In this document: in pieces, positions 44,810 to 54,316 of the stretch
Layout of the letters: every line of letters starts with the position of its first letter
Position numbering within the stretch: the stretch's first letter is position 1
DNA from: Bacillota bacterium
Lineage (GTDB): Bacteria; Bacillota; Sulfobacillia; JAJZYS01; JAJYTV01
NCBI GenBank assembly: GCA_021799275.1
Contig: JAJZAT010000003.1
Coordinates: 9,708-73,707, forward strand
Length of the DNA stretch: 64,000 bases
Direction: 5' to 3'
Translations under genes and position numbers: made by a program
Notes under the pieces: generated by a model
Seen by the model: the letters and a program-made list of their open reading frames with translations, nothing else
Told to the model about the DNA's origin: nothing
Database searches by the model: none

Positions 44810-46216
44810 CTAGCCCCTGCCCGCAGCGAAGTCCGCGGCGTTGCGGCCTGCGATGCGGCCGTACACGGCACCCCTTAGGAACGACGTGGCCCCGGGATAC
44901 TTGCCGTAGTAGAGCCCGGTGATCTCGCCCGCCGCATAGAGTCCCGGGATCGGCCGATCGTCGCGGTCGAGCACCCGGCTTTCGGTGTCGGTCGCGATGC
45001 CGCCGTAGGTGAAGACGATCGAGCAGACGAGAGGCCAGGCCACGTAAGGCGTCTTCGTCAATGGCATGGCCCAGTTGGACTTCGCGGGTGCGATGCCGCG
45101 CGCTGCGTTGCCGTCTTTGCGCAGCGGCTGGAAGTCGGCGGTCGCGTTGTGGGCCGCTGCTCTGTTGTAGTCCTCCATGGTGCGGGAGAGGGCTGCGGCC
45201 GGTAGGCCGAGCTTCTCCGCTAGCTCCTCCACTGTGGCGGCTGTGACCGGCTCGACATCGGTGCCCAGCGCGTGATGGTAATTCGGGATCTCGAACACCT
45301 GCTGGTCGCAGATGCAGTAGGCCGTCTGGCCGGGCTGGGTCAGGAACGTGCGGGAGATCCGCTCGTAGGTCTCGTCGATGCTGTCCTCGCCCTCGTCGAC
45401 AAAGCGCTCGCCCAGCTTGTTGACGAGGATGCCGTACGGGAAAAGCATGACGACCGCCTCCGGCATCCTGCTGCGCGGGTCCACAGGCTCCGCGTGGAAC
45501 GAGTTGTACTCGCCCGCGGGCTTGGCGCCGAGCGCAAGGGCCGCCTCGATCCCCTCGCCCTTGTTCTGTTCGCCGCCAGGAGAGATGTTGCGCAACCGAT
45601 GCACCGGGTGTGGGAAGTACCGGGCCAGCATCTCGGGGTTCCCCTCGAAGCCGCCCGACGCCAGCACGACCGCCTTGGTCCCGATGGTCGCCGGGCCCTG
45701 CTGGGTGCCGACCTGTACGCCCACGATCCCGCCGCTCTCGTAGACAATGTGCTGGAAGGCCGTCTCGTAGAGGATTTCGACGCCGTACGACTCGACCTTG
45801 TCGGCAAGCCTCTCGACGACGGCCTTGCCACCCCCGACCGGCAGCAGGCGGGGACGCGCAGCCGTAAGGAAGATCGTCGGCAGGTGCTCGAACGCGACGC
45901 CCTGCTGCGCCAGCCAGTCGAGCGCGGCGGGCGCCTCGGCGGCCAGCCTGCGTACGATCTTCTCATCGCTGTAACCTTCGGAGAAGGCCATCATGTCCTC
46001 GACGAAGTGCTCGCTGACCGTGTTGTTGTCGGCCATGCGCAGATAGGCTCCGGTCCACCGCGAACTGCCGCCGCGCATCTCGCGCGAAGAGCGCTCAAGC
46101 ACCGCGATCGACACGTCCTCCGCCCCGGCCTCCACCAGCTGCTCGACGCAGGCCAGCGCCGTCGAGAGTCCCGCAACGCCCGCTCCGACGACGATGATGT
46201 CGTAATGCCCTTCCAT
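44810..46216 (-). CDS. FAD-binding dehydrogenase, TcuA-like (tricarballylate dehydrogenase family / FAD_binding_2)
   Basis: N-terminal YDIIVVGAGVAG. Collinear with TcuA, including DEGED and the C-terminal FTYGG...LYAAGE..G..YG...GRIAGRNAA. Confidence 0.7.
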   Translation of the reverse strand: MEGHYDIIVVGAGVAGLSTALACVEQLVEAGAEDVSIAVLERSSREMRGGSSRWTGAYLRMADNNTVSEHFVEDMMAFSEGYSDEKIVRRLAAEAPAALDWLAQQGVAFEHLPTIFLTAARPRLLPVGGGKAVVERLADKVESYGVEILYETAFQHIVYESGGIVGVQVGTQQGPATIGTKAVVLASGGFEGNPEMLARYFPHPVHRLRNISPGGEQNKGEGIEAALALGAKPAGEYNSFHAEPVDPRSRMPEAVVMLFPYGILVNKLGERFVDEGEDSIDETYERISRTFLTQPGQTAYCICDQQVFEIPNYHHALGTDVEPVTAATVEELAEKLGLPAAALSRTMEDYNRAAAHNATADFQPLRKDGNAARGIAPAKSNWAMPLTKTPYVAWPLVCSIVFTYGGIATDTESRVLDRDDRPIPGLYAAGEITGLYYGKYPGATSFLRGAVYGRIAGRNAADFAAGRG

Positions 46217-46243
46217 CGCTCCCGTGCCTCCTTCAGCCGAAAT

Positions 46244-46924
46244 CTAGAACGTACGCCGTCCGCCGATCTCCGGCACCCAACACTCGGCACCCTGCCGCTC
46301 CCGGCGCAGCGCCTCGACGAACGGTTCCGCCGTCGGCACGAGGGCCGGGAAGGTGCCGTAGTGCAGCGGCAGGGCCAGCCGCGCGCCGAGGTAGGTGACC
46401 GCCCGCGCCGCGGCCCCAGGGCCCATGGTGAAGTGGTCGCCGATCGGCACCATGGCCAGGTCGATGGCGTACATCTCGCCGTAGAGCCCAAGATCCGAGA
46501 AGAGCGCGGTGTCCCCGAGGTGGGCGAAGGTGAATCCGTCCACCTTGACGATGTAGCCGCTGGCGAGGCCGCTACGCGAGGTGTGCAGGGCTGGGATCAT
46601 GGTGACTTCGACGCCATCCGCGAGCCTCCGCGTGCCGCCCAGGTTCATCGTGAGGAAGGCATCCTCGGCGACGCCCTCCTCGCGGGACAGCCGCGCCAGC
46701 GTCTCCGGTTGGGTCACGATCTTGGCTCCGCTCTTGGCGAAGGCCGGGACGTCCTGCACGTGATCCCAGTGATCGTGCGTGACAAGCGCGAATCCGGGAT
46801 GCTCAGGTGCTGCCGCCTTCGCCACGGGGCTCTTGCTGTACCAAGGATCAATCACGAGGCAAAGGCCCTGCGCATTGCGCACTTCCACCGTGGAGTGCGC
46901 TACCCAGGTGATCTCGACGGACAT
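46244..46924 (-). CDS. MBL-fold metallo-hydrolase
   Basis: HxHxDH-type motif (THDHWDH). Second ATG chosen because it has an AGGAG SD. Confidence 0.7.
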   Translation of the reverse strand: MSVEITWVAHSTVEVRNAQGLCLVIDPWYSKSPVAKAAAPEHPGFALVTHDHWDHVQDVPAFAKSGAKIVTQPETLARLSREEGVAEDAFLTMNLGGTRRLADGVEVTMIPALHTSRSGLASGYIVKVDGFTFAHLGDTALFSDLGLYGEMYAIDLAMVPIGDHFTMGPGAAARAVTYLGARLALPLHYGTFPALVPTAEPFVEALRRERQGAECWVPEIGGRRTF

Positions 46925-46955
46925 CTCTCCACTCCTCATCGAGCCGACTTGGCAA

Positions 46956-47732
46956 TCACCATGCGGTCCAGCCGCCGTCGGCGAAGATCACCTGGCCGGT
47001 GACGTAATCCGACGCGGCGGTGGCCAGGAAGACGACGAGACCGCGCAGGTCCGTCTCCGGGTTGCCCAGCCGCCCTAGGAAGGTCCTCTGCCGCATCCAC
47101 TCGAGCCGGTCGGGCTGCGCCCCGAGCGGTCCCGTCATCTGGGTCGGGTAGAAGACGCCGGGAGCGACGCAGTTGACCTGGATGTTGTGCTTGCCCCATT
47201 CCAGCGCGAGTCCTCGCGTCAGGTTGGCAACCCCCGCCTTGGAGGCGTAGTAGGCGGACTCGGGCAAGGGGCCCACGATGTTCGTGTAGAGCGTCGACGT
47301 GTTGATGACCTTGCCGCGCTTCTGCCTGACCATCTCGCGGGCGACGCGGCGGTCGACAAGCCACGTGCCGGTCAGGTTGATGTCCACGATGCGCTGCCAC
47401 TCGGGCAGGGTCATCTCGAACGCATCCTTGCGCAGCATCACGCCGGCGTGGTGCACAAGGACATCGATCTTGCCGAACGTGTCCAAGGCCGCCGTGACCA
47501 TCGCATCGACCGCGCCTTCGTCGGCAACGTCGACGAAGCCGATCTCGGCGTGCCGCCCCAGGCCCTCGACCGCCGCCTTGGTCCGCTCAAGGTCTTCCTT
47601 CCTTGACGCCTGGTCGGCGAGGTATACATCCGAGCCGTGTTCCGCAAGGGCAAGCGCCGAATGGTAGCCGAGCCCGCCCGCAGACGCGCCTGTAACGAGG
47701 GACACCTGGCCTGTCAGATCAAACTGGTTCAT
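46956..47732 (-). CDS. SDR family oxidoreductase
   Basis: TGASAGGLG and YYASKAG motifs. Confidence 0.85.
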   Translation of the reverse strand: MNQFDLTGQVSLVTGASAGGLGYHSALALAEHGSDVYLADQASRKEDLERTKAAVEGLGRHAEIGFVDVADEGAVDAMVTAALDTFGKIDVLVHHAGVMLRKDAFEMTLPEWQRIVDINLTGTWLVDRRVAREMVRQKRGKVINTSTLYTNIVGPLPESAYYASKAGVANLTRGLALEWGKHNIQVNCVAPGVFYPTQMTGPLGAQPDRLEWMRQRTFLGRLGNPETDLRGLVVFLATAASDYVTGQVIFADGGWTAW

Positions 47733-47851
47733 CGAATCGCCTCCTGTGTAGACCGGAGCCTGCGGGTCGTATCATGGGATCTCGCCTTCGCTCGGCCGGG
47801 TCAGGCAGCAGCCGCTTCACTTCCTCGTCGCCTCGCCTCCTGACATCCGGC

Positions 47852-48370
47852 TCACGCCTGGTCGGTGCGCCGCCAGCCTCCCCCCGCGAGTAGCCAGGGC
47901 AGGAGCCCCCCTTGCGCCACCATGTCCATCAGGAAGGCCGGCAGGGGTGTGGCCTGGATCTCGGCCTGCGTGCGAACGTTGCGTACGCGGCCGTGCTCGA
48001 GGTCGACTTCCAGCCGGTCGCCTGTCCGGGCGAAGCCCGCGATGCCCGGGACCTCCAGGGCGACGAGACCGTTGTTGAACGCGTTGCGGTAGAAGTTGCG
48101 GGCGATCGACTCCGCGAACACCGCCGCCACGCCCGCATGCCTCAGTCCGATCGCGGCGTGCTCGCGCGACGATCCCGAACCGAAGCTGCGTCCGGCCACG
48201 ACGAAGTCGCCCGCCTCCACCCTGCGGGAGAAGTCCGGCATGACGCCCTCCATGATGTGGGCAGCCCAGACCGAAGGGTCGCGGTCGACCAGGTACATCG
48301 ACGGAATGATGGCGTCCGTGTCCACGTCATCGCCGAAAGTCCATGCCATTCCTACGCGGATTGTCTCCAT
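47852..48370 (-). CDS. aconitase-family small subunit (3-isopropylmalate/homoaconitate/methylaconitate dehydratase small subunit, LeuD-like)
   Basis: GDDVDTDAIIP and GRSFGSGSSRE motifs. Confidence 0.8.
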   Translation of the reverse strand: METIRVGMAWTFGDDVDTDAIIPSMYLVDRDPSVWAAHIMEGVMPDFSRRVEAGDFVVAGRSFGSGSSREHAAIGLRHAGVAAVFAESIARNFYRNAFNNGLVALEVPGIAGFARTGDRLEVDLEHGRVRNVRTQAEIQATPLPAFLMDMVAQGGLLPWLLAGGGWRRTDQA

Positions 48371-48373
48371 GCT

Positions 48374-49618
48374 CTACACCTCCCCCGCCGCGCGGATCTC
48401 CCCAGCAATCGCGGAGGCCGCGACCGTCGCCGGTGACGCAAGATAGACCTGCGAATCCGGGTGGCCAGATCTCCCGCGAAAGTTGCGGTTCTGCGTCGAG
48501 ATCCGCACCTCGCCCCGGGCGAGCGTTCCCTCGTGGATGCCGGGACAGGAGCCGCAGCCCGGCGAGCACACCACGGCCCCGGCGTCGGTGAACACCTCCA
48601 TCAGCCCCTCCGCCAACGCCTGACGGTACTCCCGCACGGTGGCGGGAGTTACGAGAAGGCGCACGTCCCGGTGAATGCGTCGCCCACGCAGCACCTCGGC
48701 GGCCACCCTGAGATCCTCGATCGTGCCGTGGGTGCAGCTGCCCAGGTAGGCCTGGTCGATGCGGATGCCGCGCACCTCCCCAAGGGGGTGGACGTTCGCC
48801 GGATTGGGCGGGGTCGACACGACAGGTTCGAAGTTGCCCGCATCGTAGTGGTGCACGGCCTCGAAGCCGGCGTCAGGGTCGCTCTCGAGTTCAGCGCACG
48901 GCTTGCCGTGGGCGGCGTGGTAGTTGCGCGTCACCTCGTCCACGGCGACAATGCCGTTTTTGGCCCCGAATTCGGTCGAAAGATTGCAGAGCGTCATGCG
49001 ACCCGGAATCCCCATGCCCCTGATCGTCGTTCCCGCCCACTCGATCGCCTTGTAGGTCGCGGCGTGCCGTCCGTGCTCCCCCAGAAGCCTGAGACCGACG
49101 TCCATCGCCATGACCGCCGGCGGCAGCTCCCCATCGATCTCGAAGCGGATGGTGGGCGGCACGCGCATCCAGGTCCTGCCGGTCGCGAAAACGGCTGCAA
49201 CGTCCGTCGGCCCAAGCGCCACGGCTAGCGCGCCGATCGCACCGGACGTGTTGGTGTGGGAGTCGGTCGCAACCAGGATGTCCCCGGCGCCGAGCAGGCC
49301 GCTGTCGAGAAAGAACTGGTGCTTGATGCCGTAGTCCGTCACCGTCCGAAGACCATGCTCTCTGGAGAACGCCACGAGCCCGCGCACAATCTCCGCCTCG
49401 TCCAGCCCCGAGGGCGGCATGTAATGGTCCGAGATGGCGATCGCGCGTTCTGGATCCCATGGCTTGCCACCCAGGCGATCGAACGTTTCGGCGAAGATCG
49501 AGAACTGGACGTCATCGATGCTGGCTAGGTCCACATCGACCACGACGAGGTCTCCCGGCTGCACGTGCTCGTGTCCGGAACGTCTCGCCAAGATCTTCTC
49601 GGTGATCGTCATGCCCAT
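48374..49618 (-). CDS. aconitase-family large subunit (LeuC-like dehydratase)
   Basis: MTITEKIL start, and Fe-S cysteine ligands (SCTHG, CSPGCGSCPG). Confidence 0.85.
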   Translation of the reverse strand: MGMTITEKILARRSGHEHVQPGDLVVVDVDLASIDDVQFSIFAETFDRLGGKPWDPERAIAISDHYMPPSGLDEAEIVRGLVAFSREHGLRTVTDYGIKHQFFLDSGLLGAGDILVATDSHTNTSGAIGALAVALGPTDVAAVFATGRTWMRVPPTIRFEIDGELPPAVMAMDVGLRLLGEHGRHAATYKAIEWAGTTIRGMGIPGRMTLCNLSTEFGAKNGIVAVDEVTRNYHAAHGKPCAELESDPDAGFEAVHHYDAGNFEPVVSTPPNPANVHPLGEVRGIRIDQAYLGSCTHGTIEDLRVAAEVLRGRRIHRDVRLLVTPATVREYRQALAEGLMEVFTDAGAVVCSPGCGSCPGIHEGTLARGEVRISTQNRNFRGRSGHPDSQVYLASPATVAASAIAGEIRAAGEV

Positions 49619-49657
49619 GGGCGTGGTCTCCTTTCGTCGGTTCGTGATCCGCCCAGC

Positions 49658-50908
49658 CTAGCCGGGCAGCGGTGCGGCCGCCTCGCCCAGGCGCGGCAGA
49701 TCCCGCTTCGTCGCGACCAGCCACGCCACGATCAGACCCGCGAGGCCCAGCCAGAGGGCGAGCGCAAACCACGCGTCGCTGAAGCGGTGCGTCAGGTCGA
49801 TGACATGGCCGAAGAGGGGTGGATAAAGCGCGGAACCGAGGAACGAAGCTGCTGACGGCCAGCTCATGGCCTCGCCGGAACGGGCCAGTGGCACGCATTC
49901 AGCCGCCCAGAGATTGGTCGTCGAAGACCAGCCGATCGTGCCCAGCCCCAGCAGGAAGAGCACGACAAGTACCGGGATGACGCCGATGCCGTGCGGCAGG
50001 AGCGCAACGCCGGCGCTGGCGAGGCTGGCCAGGAACGCGAGGGCGATCAGGACAGGTGCCCTCCGGCCACCGGCGAAATCGGTCAAGGTGCCCGCCATCA
50101 GGCGCCCGGTGATTCCGCCCACCTGGGCCACCGCCAGACCTAGCCCACCCAGCGCCGTCGTCCAGCCAAGGTTCGCGTGCAGATCCGGAATGATGTAGGC
50201 GATCACGGTGTACTGGCCCGACACGAGCATCCAGCTCAGCAGAGTCGGCCAGATGGCAGGCAGGATCCCACTGAGCGCCTGCCCTCCCGCGGCTCGGGAC
50301 TGCCACTTGCGAGGCAGCTGGAAGAAGAAGACTGCGCTCGTCAGGACCAGCACCAGCGCTAGGCCCACCCAGACCAGGCGCAGCGGCAGGCGGGTGAGCG
50401 CAAAGGGTAGGAGGAGTGCAGCCAGGATGCCGCCGATAGGCACACCCGTCTGGCGAAGCGACATCACCAGGCCGCGCGCCGAATGGCGGAAGCCTTCGAA
50501 GATCGAGCGGGAACTCGAGAGCGGCACTGCGGCGGATGTGACGCCAATCGCGAACAGCACGGCGAGGAGCGGTACGTAGGATCTAATCAGCCCGGCCAGA
50601 ACGACGAACACGGCCATCACGGCCACGCCTCGCGTCAGCAGCCAGCGGGGACCGCGACGATCCACCAGCCGGCCAGCGACGAGCATCCCAACGAAGACGC
50701 CGGCGAGGGTCGCCGAGGACAGGAGACCCATCTGGCTGAGGTCCAGGTTCATGTTGGCCCGGATGCGCAGGGAGATGATGGCGACGCCCTGCTGGACGAG
50801 TGCGGCGCCCATCTGGGCCATGATGCCCGTGGCGAGCAGGGCAAGCGCCTGCGGGGGCACGTTCAGAAGCGTCCTGGGCGTCGACATGTCTCTCTCACCT
50901 GTCTGCAA
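49658..50908 (-). CDS. MFS transporter
   Basis: Twelve-TM profile with an MFS loop 2-3 motif (GRLVDRRGPR). Confidence 0.8.
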   Translation of the reverse strand: MQTGERDMSTPRTLLNVPPQALALLATGIMAQMGAALVQQGVAIISLRIRANMNLDLSQMGLLSSATLAGVFVGMLVAGRLVDRRGPRWLLTRGVAVMAVFVVLAGLIRSYVPLLAVLFAIGVTSAAVPLSSSRSIFEGFRHSARGLVMSLRQTGVPIGGILAALLLPFALTRLPLRLVWVGLALVLVLTSAVFFFQLPRKWQSRAAGGQALSGILPAIWPTLLSWMLVSGQYTVIAYIIPDLHANLGWTTALGGLGLAVAQVGGITGRLMAGTLTDFAGGRRAPVLIALAFLASLASAGVALLPHGIGVIPVLVVLFLLGLGTIGWSSTTNLWAAECVPLARSGEAMSWPSAASFLGSALYPPLFGHVIDLTHRFSDAWFALALWLGLAGLIVAWLVATKRDLPRLGEAAAPLPG

Positions 50909-50917
50909 GGTTGGGAA

Positions 50918-51745
50918 CTACGCTTCGAGCAGGCGTCTCGGCGTCTCGCAAGCCATGCGGCGGATGGCCGCGTGCGCGATGCCTGCGACGGCGAGGCGGC
51001 GCAGGAACGCGGCAAAGCCCTCGATGGGATCGCCGTGATCCTGGCGACCAAGATCGCTCGACAGCACGATCTGCTTCTCGCCGACGCCGCGGATGGCGGC
51101 CACGAGATCCAGCTCCGCGACAGCCTTCGGCTCCGCCAGTACCGTGGCACAGTGCTCGATCCAAGCGCCGAGTCCGGCGAGCGTCCGCTGGGCCTCCAGC
51201 GGGAGGTCCGGCCCTACGCGCCGGTTCATGGCGTGCGTCACCACCACCTTGCGGACCCCGATGGCTGTGGCGTGCCGCACCAGCGGCATGAGTTCGGTGG
51301 CGGGCAGGTGCCCCGTCGCGAGGATCATGTCGTGGTCGCGGATCAGCTCGAGGATCTCCGGCATGCCCGGCAGGAGCTTCGCTGGATCGTCCTCCCGCGT
51401 GACCCGCAAGTGTCCGGAGGTCGGCATCCAGACCACTTTCCCGCCGAGTCGTGCAGCGACGTCGACGGCTCTCGGATTGAGGCCGCCGTTCGGCGGATCG
51501 AGCGTGATGCCGCCGGCGATGACGAGCGTCGGGTGCCTCTGCGCCACCACCTGCGCCAGTGGTGCCGTGCCGAAACTGTGGCTCTTGAAGACGAAACCGC
51601 CCATGCCGTGCCGCTCCGCCTGCGCCGCAGCCTCCTCTACGTCGTAGAAACGCGACACGTACGGGTCTGGACCGAGGTGCAGGTGAAGGTCGATGGCCCC
51701 CGTCAGAGTCGCCTCAGCCGGCATTCCCGCTCCCTCCATCCGCAT
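50918..51745 (-). CDS. amidohydrolase-family metal-dependent hydrolase (TIM barrel)
   Basis: IDLHLHLGPD N-terminal metal-binding His pair, with distal H/D ligands. The start may be the internal MPAEATL. Confidence 0.6.
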   Translation of the reverse strand: MRMEGAGMPAEATLTGAIDLHLHLGPDPYVSRFYDVEEAAAQAERHGMGGFVFKSHSFGTAPLAQVVAQRHPTLVIAGGITLDPPNGGLNPRAVDVAARLGGKVVWMPTSGHLRVTREDDPAKLLPGMPEILELIRDHDMILATGHLPATELMPLVRHATAIGVRKVVVTHAMNRRVGPDLPLEAQRTLAGLGAWIEHCATVLAEPKAVAELDLVAAIRGVGEKQIVLSSDLGRQDHGDPIEGFAAFLRRLAVAGIAHAAIRRMACETPRRLLEA

Positions 51746-52625
51746 CGGCCAGGAGAGCGTCGAGCGCGAGATCGACGCGGTCGAACGGCCTCTCGTGCCA
51801 GGCCGGGTCGCGCGAGGCCAGGTAACGCAGGCGGCCCTTGGTCGCCCTCGTCATCTCCGCCGGCACCCCAAGCTCCTCGAGGAACGCCTCGACCTCCTCC
51901 ATCTCGCCCACGCGTCGTCCGGCATGCTGGAGGCTGCCGCAGACGAAACGCTGCACCAGGTTGTCGAAGTCCCTCTGGTGGATCGACGCATCGATACCGC
52001 GCAGCACCTGCTCCTCCACGCCAGCCCTCCGAGCGGCCCAGAGCGCCTCGATCAGCAACATCGCGAACCCTTTCATGACAACACTTCTGGCCATCTTCAG
52101 GGTCGCGGCCATGCCGACTCTATCTCCCACCACGTCCACCTCGGCTCCATACGGCGCGAGCATCCCGGCCGCCTCGGCCGCGCAGGGCCCGGACAATGTC
52201 AGGGTGATGCGGCCGGACGAGGCAGGCGCGCCCATGATCGCTCCGTCAGCCGTGCGTACACCTCGCGCCTCGAGGGTCTGCGCGACGGTCGCCTTCGTCT
52301 TGGGGCCGACCGAGTTGACATCGAGGAACAGCTGCGGCCCGGCCAGGAATCCCGCGATGGCCGCGGCGACTCCCTGTGCGCCTTGGGGGCTCACGGCGCT
52401 CACGACAAGGTCGAGCCCCGCGGCGAAGGCGGCCGGATCCTCGTAGAACGCGACACCCACCCGCCGCGCTCGCTCGGCCGCGCGGTCCGGGTCCGCTCCT
52501 GGGCGCCCGCCGAGGTAGAGGGCCCGGACCTGCCTCTGCGGAAGTCCTCCCTCGACCAGTGCCCTGGCGTAGGACGAGCCAACCTCGCCCAGGCCGATGA
52601 ATCCTACCTTCGGATGCATGGCCAT
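51714..52625 (-). CDS. NAD(P)-binding dehydrogenase (6-phosphogluconate/3-hydroxyisobutyrate dehydrogenase-like N-domain)
   Basis: KVGFIGLGEVG Rossmann motif. Confidence 0.7.
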   Translation of the reverse strand: MAMHPKVGFIGLGEVGSSYARALVEGGLPQRQVRALYLGGRPGADPDRAAERARRVGVAFYEDPAAFAAGLDLVVSAVSPQGAQGVAAAIAGFLAGPQLFLDVNSVGPKTKATVAQTLEARGVRTADGAIMGAPASSGRITLTLSGPCAAEAAGMLAPYGAEVDVVGDRVGMAATLKMARSVVMKGFAMLLIEALWAARRAGVEEQVLRGIDASIHQRDFDNLVQRFVCGSLQHAGRRVGEMEEVEAFLEELGVPAEMTRATKGRLRYLASRDPAWHERPFDRVDLALDALLADADGGSGNAG

Positions 52626-52630
52626 CCTCC

Positions 52631-53437
52631 TCAGGGTGTCGCCGAGCGCGGCCAGTCGTAGGCGCGGTCCAGTTCGTCCAGGCGGCCTTCCGGCGGACTC
52701 TTCGAGAAGTAGCTGACCCGCGCGTGGCGGAGCCCCGTTAGCTGCTGCAGTCCAACCATCATCTCCGCAGTCTTGAGCGTGGCGGCCAGACCGTCCACGA
52801 TCGGCACATCGCCAATGCGCCTGAGGTCCGCCTTCTGGATCACTGCGTTCAGCACAGCCTCGCCCGGGATCACCACCTCGACCCCCAGTTGCGCGAGCTC
52901 CCGAACCTTCGCCTCGAGTCGCTCTACCACAGGCCCTGGGTGGTCGAAGCCCTTCGACACCTCGGCGAACTCCATGCCGAGCCAGTGGGCACCGACGAAC
53001 TGGCCGCCAAGCCCGTAGCGCCGGACGTTCGCGTCGTAGAGAGGCACGAGTTCCTTGATCATGCAGACGATGGCGAAGCGATAGCCGGACATGGCGGCCA
53101 CCTGCATGCTGGACTGCCCGTAGCCGACCACCGGAATATCTACGAGGGTGCGCGCCTCGACGAGCCCCGCGTCCGGCAGGGTGCTGATCATGAAGCCGTC
53201 GTAGCCTTCACGCTCAGCCTGGCGGACGTTGCGCAGGATCTGCTGCGCGTGCAGGCCCTGCACGTAGACGTAGCGGATGTCTTCGCCGGGGTAGGCGGTG
53301 AGGTAGGTGCCCGGGTCCATGCCGTGCATCACCACTTCCGTTCCGGGAGCGGCCAGGCGGCGAAACTCCCGCTGGAGCACCGCCCGATAGGCCGGCACGC
53401 TGTCGAGCACGGTGAAGCTCTGGTGCCAAAGTTTCAT
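52631..53437 (-). CDS. Asp/Glu/hydantoin racemase family protein (maleate isomerase/arylmalonate decarboxylase-like), paralog 1
   Basis: Start MKLWHQSF; conserved segments (REGYDGFMIS, IPVVG, LGVEVVIPGEAVLN) are shared with its neighbour. GGAGGT SD. Confidence 0.65.
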   Translation of the reverse strand: MKLWHQSFTVLDSVPAYRAVLQREFRRLAAPGTEVVMHGMDPGTYLTAYPGEDIRYVYVQGLHAQQILRNVRQAEREGYDGFMISTLPDAGLVEARTLVDIPVVGYGQSSMQVAAMSGYRFAIVCMIKELVPLYDANVRRYGLGGQFVGAHWLGMEFAEVSKGFDHPGPVVERLEAKVRELAQLGVEVVIPGEAVLNAVIQKADLRRIGDVPIVDGLAATLKTAEMMVGLQQLTGLRHARVSYFSKSPPEGRLDELDRAYDWPRSATP

Positions 53438-53477
53438 TGCTCTGACCTCCGAGGAGCCGGAATGTCATGCCGTGATC

Positions 53478-54269
53478 TCAGCGGTAGATCTCGTCGCCGT
53501 AGAAGCGGCGGACCTCCTCGAGCACGCCTCCCGTCGGGGGCGCGTAGGTCAGCGCCTTGCTCGTGAAGGTACCCAGGATGCCCTGCAGCTTCACGGCCAT
53601 CTCGCCCGTCTTGATCAGGGCCGGAACCCCGTCCAGGATTGGCGCCCCGTCGATGTCGCGGATGCCGTTGCGGCTTAGAAGTTGCATCACGACGCCACCG
53701 GCCGCGATCAGCACCTCCGCCCCATCGGCGATGCACCTGCGCCCTGCGTCGGTGAACTGCGCGACGATGGCGTCCTGCGCCGGTCCGGGCTCGAACCCGT
53801 CGCCGAGCGAGGTGATCTTGGGAATGCTCATGCGCTGGACCGATGCGAGCTGTTCCGTTAGGCCGTAGTAGCGGATGTTCTCGAGGATGCGGGTGGCGAA
53901 TTTGGGGTTGATCGTGATCATGCCGTAGCGCCGGCCCATCATGCAGGCGAGATGAAGACTCGTCTCGCAGAGGCCAAGGGCTGGGATTCGGACGAGCTCG
54001 CGGATTTCGTGCAGGCCGGGATCGGCGATGTTGCCGAGCAGGAAGGCGTCGAATCCCTCGCGCTCGGCTCGTACGGCGTTCTCGATCACCTCCGAGGTGT
54101 CGAGGTACTGGATGTAGCGGTAGTCGTCAGCGACGCCGCCGCCGCGCTCGATGCCGTGGACCTCGATCTCCGTCCCCGGATCGATGGCGCTCCGTATCGT
54201 CGCCCGCAAGGTCTCAGCGTAGGGGCCGAATTCCGTGGCTCGTGCGAAGCTCTGGTACCAAAGACGCAT
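53478..54269 (-). CDS. Asp/Glu/hydantoin racemase family protein, paralog 2
   Basis: Start MRLWYQSF. Parallel motif set to paralog 1 (REGFDAFLLG, IPALG, GAEVLIAAGGVV). GGAGGG SD. Confidence 0.65.
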   Translation of the reverse strand: MRLWYQSFARATEFGPYAETLRATIRSAIDPGTEIEVHGIERGGGVADDYRYIQYLDTSEVIENAVRAEREGFDAFLLGNIADPGLHEIRELVRIPALGLCETSLHLACMMGRRYGMITINPKFATRILENIRYYGLTEQLASVQRMSIPKITSLGDGFEPGPAQDAIVAQFTDAGRRCIADGAEVLIAAGGVVMQLLSRNGIRDIDGAPILDGVPALIKTGEMAVKLQGILGTFTSKALTYAPPTGGVLEEVRRFYGDEIYR

Positions 54270-54316
54270 GACGTGACCCTCCACTTCGTTATCTCTGGCC
54301 GCCCTGAAAGCGGCCG

